DNA of 64,000 nucleotides, taken from Tubulanus polymorphus (lineage: Eukaryota > Animalia > Nemertea). Of the stretch, positions 25,761 through 37,987 are shown piece after piece. The notes under the pieces are model-generated. The model was not told where the DNA came from and did no database searches. It was given only the letters and a program-made list of their open reading frames with translations. The stretch's first letter is position 1. Each line of letters opens with the position of its first letter. The position numbers and the translations under genes are program-made. The stretch covers positions 14,044,485 through 14,108,484 of the forward strand of contig NC_134027.1 of assembly GCF_964204645.1 (NCBI RefSeq). The letters run 5' to 3'.

Positions 25761-27960
25761 GAGCCTTCCCCTTGCCTCGATACGAACCGGAGCCGTTACG
25801 ACCGGACGAGGCTTGACACGATTGTTGAAGTTGCGCGCTAGTTCTCCAACCGGCATCCGAAGCCGCCTGAGAAAGCGCTGAAGTTTGAGATGGTCCTGTT
25901 TGCGTCCGTGCCGAACCTTGCGCCGCCGGCGTCGGACCAGAACGCTTTTTCCACGGAGTTCGGGGGTTGGACTTGGCCTGAACCTCCCGAATCTTCCTCA
26001 GCTCTGCGGAAACCGGAGCGCACCAACCGGAGAAGAGACGTGAAGACGTCCCCAATGGGGCTCTCAGCAAAGCATTGGACACCATATCCGGTAGACGAGT
26101 TTTGGAACTGGAGTCCATCACTGACTGACGGGAGGCTAACACAAGATTAGCCTGACCCCGAACCGACAACGGAATTACATGCGAAACAGACCGAGCCAAA
26201 GATTGGATGATCCGGTCCATTCCCTCCAGTTTTAGGGCAACTGACTCTGGGTCGGAGCCCGCATGAACGGCGGCGTGAGTCTCACGAAGCTCACCTGTCA
26301 ACACCTTAAGTGCCATTTCTTGAAACGAACCAACCCTGGTAATATTTTCCAGGATTGACGTCATGGCCACCAAACCGGACTTAGGCAAACGAATACCCGA
26401 CTGTGCTGTAACAGTATCCGGGCTGATCAAAGTATAATCAGCATCCAGGCAGTTATGACTGTGATCCACAGCACCTGGAGTTGCGTAATACGCCGAGCGA
26501 AATGCATCTATAGGTGGATCGGTTGAACTAAAATATTTCCCAGATTTCATACCCCGTTCTGGAGGGGGAAATGAAAATGTTCCAGGCCGACATTCACCCC
26601 ATAATTGCGTATCCAATCGAGCCCATTCTCTCGAAACCGCTGACGATTCCCGTAAAACGTTAAGATCGGAGTCCGGAGGGCGATAAGCTTCCATTGACTC
26701 ACCGACCAGAGGAGCTGCTGTGGGCTTAGCGCGAGTTGCCCCGTGCATGACAAAGAACTCACTTATCATCGCTCTAAATGGCATGTCCCCCGCTGGTTCG
26801 GATAAAACTGAACGGGACGGAGATACATTGCGAGCCAGGGAAGCCCCCATCGTCTGGGGCAACCCACAATTGCTCGCGACAGGAACGACCCAGCCGCTTC
26901 TGGGACCGGATCCTCATTGAAATCAGACCCTACCGCAGCATCCAGGAATTCAGAGTCAGAATTCCGAAGAACTGAGTGGGCTGGCGAACTTCTAACCGGA
27001 CAATCAGGAATAGGCCTACCTGTTGTAGAGGTTGCAGCGACTTGTTGCGACGAAGATAACAAGTTTAAAATTTTCTCTTCAAATACATGGAAATCCTTCT
27101 GAGTCAGGTATTTTCCAGTATCCCGACGATCATGCCGACTTCGGTGACGGTCCCTCAAACGGGATCGAGACCTACTAGAAGAATCACTTTCATCGCTAAC
27201 CGACGTCGACGAACGATTAGAAGACCGACGGCGAAACTTCCGACAATAACGATCGTAGTCCCTCTCGCGATCAAACCTTGATCTGCGAGAAGGAGATCTT
27301 GCTCGTTTATTACGCTCACGGCGTCTAAATCTAGTGGGAGAGCGAGCTCTATCCCCGGAGCGACGATCAGAATCAGACGATGAACGTACCGGATGTTTTG
27401 AACCAGACGAAGTCTGGACCGGACCGGTGCCCGAACCGGACCGATGCCCGACCCGGACCGGTACCGACCGAACCGGTGCCCGAACCGGACCGATGCCCGA
27501 CCCGGACCGGTACCGACGGAACCGGTGCGGGCCGTTCGCGACTACCGCGGCGCGCGCTCGGTTCCGAACATGTAGTCTGAACCGGCCGAACCGGTGAACG
27601 ACCAGAGACCAGTGAATGACCGGAGACCGGTGCCGGTGAACCAGCGTTCCTCCCCGGTGAACGGAGTTGGGAAGCCGATCGTACCTAAACGACCGGCGAC
27701 CGCTCCGCTTTACGATAAGAAACAGGATTAGAAACGTCGGCCGAAACCGACGAATCCCTGCTAACTCGACGACGATCTCTTAGTTTAAGAGCCTTATCGG
27801 CCCGAAGCCAAAGGTCCTCGGACCACACCTCGCAAATCTTGCAAGGATTGCCCCTTGCACATATTTGACCGGATTTGCGCATGCACGACGCACATGAATC
27901 GTGGTTGCCCGCATCCCTCCCCGCCACGATGTTGACCCTTAGGAGGGGGTGGCATAATTA
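25723..27960 (-). pseudogene. DIRS gag-like ORF (frameshifted)
   Basis: N-terminal Cys/His finger HDSCASC..C...NPCKICEVW, an Arg/Ser-rich low-complexity middle and a 379-aa C-terminal ORF overlapping the RT frame. Confidence 0.75.
27418..27525. repeat. GC-rich ~49-bp tandem duplication inside gag
   Basis: ACCGGTGCCCGAACCGGACCGATGCCCGACCCGGACCGGTACCGAC occurs twice. Confidence 0.85.
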
Positions 27961-28329
27961 TCCTGTTACAAATCAAAACAATTCAATTCAATCAAAGTAT
28001 ATTTGTAAATAAAATTCTTACGGAAAAATAGAAACCAGGGATAACCCCCAAACCGAACGGACTCACCGTTATGAGAGTGAAAACTCCCTAATATCCTAAT
28101 TCCCAGATTTTTACGGCGAAAAAATCCAACGCGTTCTACTGCAAGAACGCCAAGAAAAAAGATGGCGGATTTCGCCGGTGGCTAAATGCAATACCGCAGG
28201 GCCGGGTCGTATAGAAAAACCATTGGCGATCAATCCAAATTTAGAAAATATTGGCAAAAACCATAGGAAAGGGTACAGTACTCGACGGAAATATAACTGG
28301 ATTCCGTCTACGGACGGACGGAGACGAAC

Positions 28330-28445
28330 AGGCCTTCTGCAACTTTTAGACCTTCTGCAACTTTGGCCTTCTGCAACTTCAAAATTCAATCCTTCTGCAA
28401 CTTTGAAAACGTGTTCTGACAAATAGGCCCTGTGTAACTTTGACA
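28330..28445. repeat. Cluster of CCTTCTGCAACTT repeats, probably the terminus of a DNA transposon
   Basis: Four copies plus one degenerate copy (CCCTGTGTAACTTT), abutting the truncated HINE end. Confidence 0.6.
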
Positions 28446-28879
28446 AATACATAATATTCAGAATTTCAGCATGCATAGAAGAGTTTACAAGTATATCAAA
28501 TGCAATCAAATTTCAGTAATGAAGCATTGAAAAATCAAAGCACTGCTCTTCACTCTGCATGATATAAGTTCATTATGATCGAGAATTTGCATTTCTCGAG
28601 AAAAAAAACAGGTTTAGACAAAAAAGGTTAAGAGACCTAACCGATCCTAATTAATTTAAAAGAATAAACCCGGAAATAAGAATTTGGTAAAAATTTACTG
28701 ATTTAATATATGAATGGATCAACTAATTATATTCTGATACTCAGCTTCCATGAAAAATTTAAATAATTGAGTCCATAGGGCAAATACCTGATAAATCGTC
28801 TTCTGTTTGAAGAGTAAACAATGTGAGAAGTTCTAGAAATCGATCGGTTAATTTTGGTTGAAATCGTAGAGCAAATCGT

Positions 28880-31800
28880 ATATTTTATTTGAGGAGTGAC
28901 TATTTCCATGAACTTTATGACTATGCTTAGAACAAATGTTTGACCACCCATTTGAAAATACTTATACTCAAAATTATATCAAATTGAATGTAAACTTATC
29001 ATGTACATGTGGGTAAGTTTCGAACAGATCAAATATATACATTATCAACGAAATGAGACAGATCTTTTTCTTTGAATAGGAACAACACCTTACTTCGGAA
29101 TCTGGTCACTCAATATGAAGAGAATTGATTGAACTGTGGAATTTGGACATTATTCGAAAAATTGTATTCCCATTCGAAAGTTCCACAGGTCCTTAGATTA
29201 TTACAGAAACCTCAGTAGAAGACATTGATACAATTGAATTGGAATAAAATGAAATAAATTCCGATATTCCAATAACAATCCTAATTGTAAAGCAGAAATT
29301 AAGCAATTTCATGAAGTTGCACAAGGTCTATGGACAAATTTATTGAATTGATGGAAAATTCTATGATTTTTGTGAAGTTAGTTTTAAAGACAAATAATTG
29401 AATTCAAAAAAACTTATTACCCTGATGAATCATTTTCTTTAGAAACAGTAAAACAATGTCAAAAGTCCTAGAATCCTATTGGTTGATTTTGAATGGAATC
29501 ATGGGGTAACTTTTATCTTTTATATGACGATTGACTTGTTTCCACGAACTTGATATAAACATTGCAACTGACTACACTCAGAACAAATGTTTGACCACCT
29601 ATTTGGAAATACTTCTACTTCAACTGATATCAAATTGAATTGAAATTTATTACGTACTTGTAGGTAAGTTTCGAACAGATCAAATAGAAGCCAGAACACG
29701 CATCAGATTCATACGGTTATGTAGACATTTTTCTTATATATCTTTTTAGACATCGAAATAACACATATCTTTTTCTATGAATAGGTGCAACACCTTATAT
29801 CAAAACCTGGCCACTCAATATGAAGAGAATCGTTTGAACCGTTCGAGTTTGTACATTATTCAGGAAAACTGTATTCCCGCCCGAAAGTTGCACAGGTCCT
29901 TGGATAAAAAATAAGTTTTGATTAAGGGTAACTCATACCCATACAAATTGTATTCTTAGAGATATCTTAGTTGAGCATATCTATACGAAAGAATTGCAAT
30001 GTAGTTGATTTTGAATGAAATCATGGGGTAACTCTTATCTTTTATATGACGAGTGACTTGTTTCCACGAACTTGTTTAAAGCATTGCAAGTGACTATACT
30101 CAGAACAAATGTTTGACCACCTATCTGGGAATACTTCTACTTCAAATTATATCAAATTGAATTAAAGTTTATTACTTACCTGTAGGTAAGTTTCGAACGG
30201 ATCAAATAGAAGCCAGAAAACGCATGAGATTCATACGGTTATGTAGAAATTTTTCTTATACATTGTTTAAGACAACAAAATAAGACATATCTTTTTCTAT
30301 GAATAGGTGCAAACCCTTATATCAAAACCTGGCCACTCAATATGAAGAGAATTGTTTGAACCGTTCGAGTTTGTACATTATTCAGGAAAACTGTATTCCC
30401 GCCCGAAAGTTGTACGGGTCCTTGGATAAAAAATAAGTTTTAATTAAGGGTAACTGATACCCATACAAATTGTATTGTTAGAGATACCTTAGTAGAGCAT
30501 ATCTATACAAAAGAATTGCAATAAAATGAAATAAATTCTGAAATTCAATAACAATCCTAATTGTAAAGCCCTCAGAAATTAAGCAATTTCATAAAGTTGC
30601 ACAAGGTCTATGGACAAATTGATTTCATACAAGAAAATTCTATGATTTTAGTGAAGTTAGTTTTAAAGACAAATAACTAAATTCAAAACAACTTATTACC
30701 CTGATGAATGATTTTCGTTAGAAAGAGTAAAACAATGTCAAAAGTTCTAGAATCCTATTGGTTGATTTTGATTGAAATCATGGGGTAAATTTTATCTTTT
30801 ATATGACGAGTGACTGTTTCCACGAACTTGATATAAGCATTGCAACAGACTATACTCAGAACAAATGTTTGACCACCTATCTGGGAATACTTCTACTTCA
30901 AATTATATCAAAGTGAATTAAAAATTATTACTTACCTGTAGGTAAGTTTCGAACAGATCAAATAGAAGCCAGAAAACGCATGAGATTCATACGGTTATGT
31001 AGAAATTTTTCTTATACATCTTTTAAGACATCGAAGTAAGACATATCTTTTTCTATGAATAGGTGCAACACCTAATATCAAAACCTGGCCACTCAATATG
31101 AAGAGAATTGTTTGAACCGTTCGAGTTTGTACATTATTCAGGAAAACTGTATTCCCGCCCGAAAATTGTACGGGTCCTTGGATAAAAAATAAGTTTTGAT
31201 TAAGGGTAACTCATACCCATACAAATTGTATTGTTAGAGATACCTTAGTAGAGCATATCTATACAAAAGAATTGCAATAAAATGAAATTAATTCCGAAAT
31301 TCAATAACAATCCTAATTGTAAAGCCCTCAGAAATTAAGCAATTTCATAAAGTTGCACAAGGTCTATGGACAAAATGATTTCATACAAGAAAATTCTATG
31401 ATTTAAGTGAAGTTAGTTTTAAAGACAAATAACTAAATTCAAAACAACTTATTACCCTGATGAATCATTTTCATTAGAAAGAGTAAAACAATGTCAAAAG
31501 TTCTAGAATCCTATTGGTTGATTTTGATTGAAATCATGGGGTTAATCTTATCTTTATGACGAGTGACTGTTTCCACGAACTTGATATAAGCATTGCAACC
31601 GACTATACTCAGAACAAATGTTTGACCACCTATCTGGGAATACTTCTACTTCAAATTATATCAAATTGAATTAAAATTTAGTATGTACATGTAGGTAAGT
31701 TTCGAACAAATCAAATAGAAGCCAGAAAACGCATAAGATTCATACGGTTATGTAAAAATTTTTCTTATACATCTTTTAAGACATCGAAATAAGACATATC

Positions 31801-34790
31801 TTTTTCTATGAATAGATGCAACACCTAATATCAAAATCTGGCCACTCAATATGAAGAGAATAATTTGAACTGTTCGAGTTCGAATATTATTCAGGAAAAC
31901 TGTATTCCCTTCCCAAAGTTGCACAGGTCCTTGGATAAAAACTAAGTTTTGATTAAGGGTAACTCATACCCATACAAATTGTATTGTTAGAGATACCTTA
32001 GTAGGGGATATTGATACAAAAGAATTGCAATGAAATGAAATTAATTCCGATATTTTCATAACAATCCTCAGAAATTAAGCAATTTCATAAAGTTGCACAA
32101 GGTCTATGGACAAATTGATTTCATACAAGAAAATTCTATGATTTTAGTGAAGTTAGTTTTAAAGACAAATGACTAAATTCAAAACAACTTATTACCCTGA
32201 TGAATGATTTTCGTTAGAAAGAGTAAAACAATGTCAAAAGTTCTAGAATCCTATTGGTTGATTTTGATTGAAATCATGGGGTAAATCTTTATTTTTTATA
32301 TGATGAGTAACTATTTCCACGAACTTGATATAAGCATTGCAACTGACTATACTCAGAACAAATGTTTGACCACCTATCTGGGAATACTTCTACTTCAAAT
32401 TATATCAAATTGAATTAAAATTTATTACGTACCTGTAGGTAAGTTTCGAACAGATCAAATAGAAGCCAGAAAACGCATGAGATTCATACGGTTATGTAGA
32501 AATTTTTCTTATACATCTTTTAAGACATCGAAATAAGACATATCTTTTTCTATGAATAGGTGCAACACCTAATATCAAAACCTGGCCACTCAATATGAAG
32601 AGAATTGTTTGAACCGTTCGAGTTTGTACATTATTCAGGAAAACTGTATTCCTGCCCGAAAATTGTACGGGTCCTTGGATAAAAAATAAGTTTTGATTAA
32701 GGGTAACTCATACCCATACAAATTGTATTGTTAGAGATACCTTAGTAGAGCATATCTATACAAAAGAATTGCAATAAAATGAAATAAATTCCGAAATTCA
32801 ATAACAATCCTAATTGTAAAGCCCTCAGAAATCAAGCAATTTCATAAAGTTGCACAAGGTCTATGGACAAAATGATTTCATACAAGAAAATTCTATGATT
32901 TAAGTGAAGTTAGTTTTAAAGACAAATAACTAAATTCAAAACAACTTATTACCCTGATGAATCATTTTCATTAGAAAGAGTAAAACAATGTCAAAAGTTC
33001 TAGAATCCTATTGGTTGATTTTGATTGAAATCATGGGGTAAATCTTATCTTTATGACGAGTGACTGTTTCCACGAACTTGATATAAGCATTGCAACTGAC
33101 TATACTCAGAACAAATGTTTGACCACCTATCTGGGAATACTTCTACTTCAAATTATATCAAATTGAATTAAAATTTTTTACGTACCTGTAGGTAAGTTTT
33201 GAACAGATCAAATAGAAGCCAGAAAATGCATAAGATTCATATGGTTATGTAAAAATTTTTCTTATACATCTTTTAAGACATCGAAATAAGACATATCTTT
33301 TTCTATGAATAGATGCAACACCTAATATCAAAATCTGGCCACTCAATATGAAGAGAATAATTTGAACTGTTCGAGTTCGAATATTATTCAGGAAAACTGT
33401 ATTCCCGCTTGAAAGTTGCACAGGTCCTTGGATAAAAAATAAGTTTTGATTAAGGGTAACTCATACCAATACAAATTGTATTGTTAGAGATACCTTAGTA
33501 GAGCATATCTATACAAAAGAATTGCAATAAAATGAAATTAATTCCGAAATTCAATAACAATCCTAATGGGGTACCCGCAAAACAAGCTACCCCGTTAGAT
33601 GGCGCGACAAGCAGTAGGTTGCTCGTTGTCAAAATAAGTTCATTTTCAATGAACTTTGAACTTGATTTTTAGACTCCTGAATCCATATATTATCACAGGA
33701 CTCACCAGATATACAATACTTTCATCCTCCTACTCAGATATCGGTTTAGTTTTCATAAATAATTGATTCATTTAAAAGAAAAGTTCATTCAGATTCAACT
33801 GAAACGTAAAAGGAAATCGAATGCGGACGACCAACTATCTACTAGCGAACCTGGCGGATCCTCGCCTGCCGTGAGTGGAATCCTCGATTGCCACAGTAGC
33901 ACTGCGCGTACCCCATTGTAAAGCCCTCAGAAATTAAGCAATTTCATAAAGTTGCACAAGGTCTATGGACAAATTGATTTAATACAAGAAAATTCTATGA
34001 TTTTAGTGAAGTTAGTTTTAAAGACAAATAACTAAATTCAAAACAACTTATTACCCTGATGAAAGATTTTCATTAGAAAGAGTAAAACAATGTCAAAAGT
34101 TCTAGAATCCTATTGGTTGATTTTGATTGAAATCATGGTGTAAATTTTATCTTATATATGACGAGTGACTGTTTCCACGAACTTGATATAAGCATTGCAA
34201 CTGACTATACTCAGAACAAATGTTTGACCACCTATCTGGGAATACTTCTACTTCAAATTATATCAAATTGAATTAAAATTTATTACGTACCTGTAGGTAA
34301 GTTTCGAACAGATCAAATAGAAGCCAGAAAACGCATAAGATTCATATGGTTATGTAAAAATTTTTCTTATACATCTTTTAAGACATCGAAATAAGACATA
34401 TCTTTTTCTATGAATAGATGCAACACCTAATATTAAAATCTGGCCACTCAATATGAAGAGAATTGTTTGAATCATTCGACTTTGTACATTATTTAGGAAA
34501 ACTGTATTCCTGTCCAAAAGTTGCACAGGTCCTTAGACAAAAAATAAATTTTGATGAAGGGTAACTCATACCCATACAAATTGTATTCTTAGAGATACAT
34601 TAGTAGAGTATATCTATATAAAAGAATTGCAATAAAATGAAATTAATTCCGATATTCAATAACAATCCAAATTGTAATGCCCTCATATATATTAAGCAAT
34701 TTCATAAAGTTGCACAAGGTCGATGGACAAAATGATTTTGTACAAAAAAATGATTTTTGTGAAATTAGTTTCACAGACAAATAATTGAAT
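28880..34790. repeat. Tandem array of ~755-bp AT-rich units (8 contiguous copies)
   Basis: The anchor AGAACAAATGTTTGACC occurs at 28929, 29580, 30102, 30858, 31611, 32355, 33108 and 34213. The ORF track has no 60-aa ORF inside the array. Confidence 0.95.
33568..33914. mobile_element. MITE with 2-bp AT TSD (ISL2EU/PIF-related type)
   Basis: TIRs GGGGTACCCGCA / TGCGCGTACCCC. The empty site ATCCTAATTGTAAAGCCC in sister units shows the AT duplication. Confidence 0.85.
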
Positions 34791-35129
34791 TTTTAAATCA
34801 CAAAAACATCCATAACTTTTTTATTTTAGAAGGTTAACTTAAAAACTCGGTGTCAAATGAAAACTTATGATAGGAGAAAAACGATTGAAAAGAATAATCC
34901 AGTTTAGCCCTAGTTTAGTTATTATCGCTATCATGAGAAAATGACTAGGGAACCAAAGGCCAACATTGCTTTTCCAAGTTTTTCAAAAATTTCTTAAGCT
35001 AATAACTATGTCCGGTTTTCAGATAAACCCATTTTGCAGACGCTATTTTGACTCTTTTTTACATTCTTCAAGTCGTCTGACTCGTTAAAAGTTTGTTAGA
35101 AGTCCCTATTTTACTTAGTTAACTCAAAA

Positions 35130-37645
35130 ATATAGGGGGCTGCTACTCAATGGAGGGTTGTGCGTGCATTTTCTAAGTTTGTACACTTAGATAAGAGCCT
35201 AACTTATTTGCCTGCCAAGGGTCGCCAGAGAAGTTAGATGGGGGTCAATTTTCAGGTCTCAACTTATGTATTTTCAACTATCTCTGACACTCATTTATGA
35301 GGTTTTGGCAAGAGGCGCCTAGGCTAAACGGACCCCCAGCCCAAGGGTTTTAATGGTTCTATACTTACCTTAGGACCCCTTTTAAATACCTGAGAAGTTT
35401 CAGAACCCTAGAGGGTCGCCTGAGAAGTAAGAAGGGGGTCACTTTTCAGGTCACAACTTGGTGTATTTTCAACTATCTCAAACACTCATTTTCACAGTTT
35501 AGGCAGGGGATGACTAGGCTCATTGGACCCCAGCAAAAAAATTCTGCTCCGCAAATAAGAGTCTAGGGTCATTTTCTAAGCGTCGTACACTTAGATAAGA
35601 CCATCCCCTATCTAAAAAAATATTGTAGGGTGCTAAGAGCTTTCTACTAAGTCGGCCGAGAAGTAAGAAGGGGTTCGCTTTTCGTGGTCGTGCCACAAAG
35701 TTTCTCGCTCCACAACCAAGGGTCTAGGGCCCTTTTTAATGATTTGCGCACTTGTTTTCGACCCTCCTTTGTCTAAAAAATTTGAGTTTGCTAAGAGCTT
35801 TCTAAAGGGTCACCCGGGAAGTTAGAAAGGGGTCCCTTTTCAGCTCTTAACCTCGGAAAACTTATTTTCGCAGTTTGGGCAGGGGGCGCCTAGGCTCAAC
35901 AGACCCGCGGCCCAGGGTTTTAAAGGTTCTATTCGTATTATAGGACCCCTTCTAAATACCGGAGAAGGTTCAGAGCCCTAGGCCTTCTCTAAAGGGCCCT
36001 CCGACCCCCCGCAATGTGGTTGTGCGGCTGCCAGAGACCCCTGGAATGGCTGCGTGACAAAGTTTCTCACCCCACAACCAAGGGTCAAAGGCCCTTTTTT
36101 AAGCTTTGCACATTTAGAATAGACACTCCCTTAGGCGCATAAGAAGTTTCGGATCCCTAGGTTCATTATTAAGGCCACCCAAGAAGTAAGAAGGGGGTGG
36201 CTTTTCAGGTCTCAATGTAGTGTATTTTCAGTCTATCTCCGACACTCATTCTCGCAGTTTGGTAAGGGGACGACTAGGTGCATCGGACCCCAGCAAAAAA
36301 TTCTCAACGGACCCCGGCCAAGGGTTTTAATGGTTCTATACTTACTAAACCCCTTCTAAATATCCGAGAAGTTTCAGAACCCTAGGCCCTCTCTACAGGG
36401 TCCTCCGACCCCCCCCCCCGAAATGTGGTCGGGCGGCTGCCAGAGACCCCTGGTATGGCCGCACGACGTTTCTGGCTTCGCAACCCATGGTCTAAGGGCC
36501 TTTTTTTAAGCTTTGCACACTTCGATTAGACCTTCCCCTAAGTGCCTCAGAAGTTTCAGAGCCCTAGGGCCACTATCAAGGGTTGCCCGAGAAGTTAGAA
36601 GGGGGTCACTTTTCAGGCCTTAATGTAGTGTATTTTCAGTCTGCAACCCTCATTTTCGCCGTTTGGGTGCCTAGGCTCAACGGACCCACGGCCCCAAGAT
36701 TTTAATGGTTCCGTATTATAGGACCCTTCTAAATACCCGAGAAGTTTCAGAGCCCTCTCTAAAGATTCCTCTGACCACCCCAAACGTGGGCCTGCGGCGG
36801 CCAGAGACCCCTGGTATGGCAGGGCAACAAAGTTTCTAGCTCCGCAACCAAGGGTCTAGGGCCATTTTTTAAGCTTTGCCCATTTAGATTAAACCCTCTT
36901 CTAGGTGCCTAATAAGTTGCAGAGCCCTAGGGCCACTATAAAGGGTCACCTGATTAGTTAGAAGGGCGTCGCTTTTCCGGGATCATCTTAGTGTATTTTC
37001 AACTATCTGCTACACTCATTTTCGCAGTTTGGGCATGGGGCGCCTAGGCTCACCAGTCCCCCGCCCCAGGCTTTTAATGGTTCTGTATGTACGATAGGAC
37101 CCCGTCTAAATACGCGAGAAGTTTTAGAGCCCTAGGCCCTCTCTAAAGGGTGGAGCACATCCCCGGAAAATTGTTCTGCTCTGCGAATAAGTCAAGGGTC
37201 CTTTTTAAGCCCCGTACCCTTAAATGAGATCTCCCCTAACTAAAAAAATATTGGAGGGTGCTAAGAGTTTTCTAAAGGGTCACCCGAGAAGTTAGAAGGG
37301 GGTAGCTTTTTAGCTCTCGATCTCCGACACTCATTTTCATGGTTTGGGCAGGGACGCATAGGCTCGACGGTCCCACGGCCAAAGGTTTTAATAGTTCTGA
37401 ACGTACAATAGGAACCCTTCTTAATACCCGAGAAATTTCAGAGTCTAAAAAGGGTCCTCTCTAAAGGGTCCTCCGACACCTGGAAAAGTGGTTGCGTGGC
37501 AGCGTGAGGTCCCTGGTATGGCCGCGCAACAAAGTTTCTGGCTCCGCAACCAAGGGTCTAAGGCCCTTTTTAAACTTTGTACACTTAGATTTAACCTTTC
37601 CCTAACAGCCTGAGATGTTTCAGAGTCCTATGGCCACTATTAAGG
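35130..37645. repeat. Degenerate modular GC-richer tandem repeat (periods ~160-410 bp) within a ~2.9-kb insertion in the array
   Basis: Recurrent blocks GAGAAGTTAGAAGGGGGTC, ACACTCATTTTCGCAGTTTGGG, CCTAGGCTCAACGGACCC, GAAGTTTCAGAGCCCTAGG, GCCAGAGACCCCTGGTATGGC. Confidence 0.8.
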
Positions 37646-37987
37646 TACAAATGGACAAATGGAGTCTGTAAAAGAAAATGCTATGATTTTTGTGAAGTTA
37701 GTTTTAATTAAGTTTAACACAACTCATTATGCTGATGAAATGTTTTCCTTAGAAAGAATGACACAATGTTAAAATTTATAGCATTCTATTGGTTAATTTT
37801 CTATTGGTCAATTGAAATCATGGGGTAAATCATATCTTTTATTTAAGGAATGACTGTTTCCACGAACTTTATAAAAGCGCTGCAACTAACTACACTCAGA
37901 ACAAATGTTTGACCACCTATTGGGGAATACTTCTACTTCAATTATCTTCTATTATAATTTTATCAAATTGAATGTAAACTTATCATG

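Larger units (their letters stand above)
22503..28292 (-). mobile_element. DIRS-group tyrosine-recombinase retrotransposon, full length but with disrupted ORFs
   Basis: ~135-bp inverted terminal repeats (22530-22664 and 28156-28292); internal complementary region at about 22720-22806; gag-RT-RNaseH-(MT)-YR order; no TSD. Confidence 0.95.

Noticed and set aside
22826-27597. Plus-strand ORFs over the DIRS element
   Set aside because: Antisense shadows of GC-rich coding sequence with no recognisable motifs.
30803-30852. C/D snoRNA (ATGACGA...CTGA) or nematode piRNA Ruby motif (CTGTTTC)
   Set aside because: The C-to-D distance is only about 48 nt and box D is mutated in several units; the Ruby motif is imperfect and nematode-specific.
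30929-31010. Spliced-leader RNA or exon array suggested by ACTTACCTGTAGGTAAGT (donor-like on both strands)
   Set aside because: The donor is not conserved in diverged units, there is no canonical Sm site (AATTTTTC, not G) and no coding frame.
31450-31545. Hammerhead ribozyme in the array unit (CTGATGA...GAAA with TTACC/GGTAA pairing)
   Set aside because: No proper stem II or stem III and no NUH triplet directly before the stem I 3' strand.
28880-34790. CRISPR-like array
   Set aside because: Whole ~755-bp units are repeated with no unique spacers, there are no cas genes and the context is eukaryotic.
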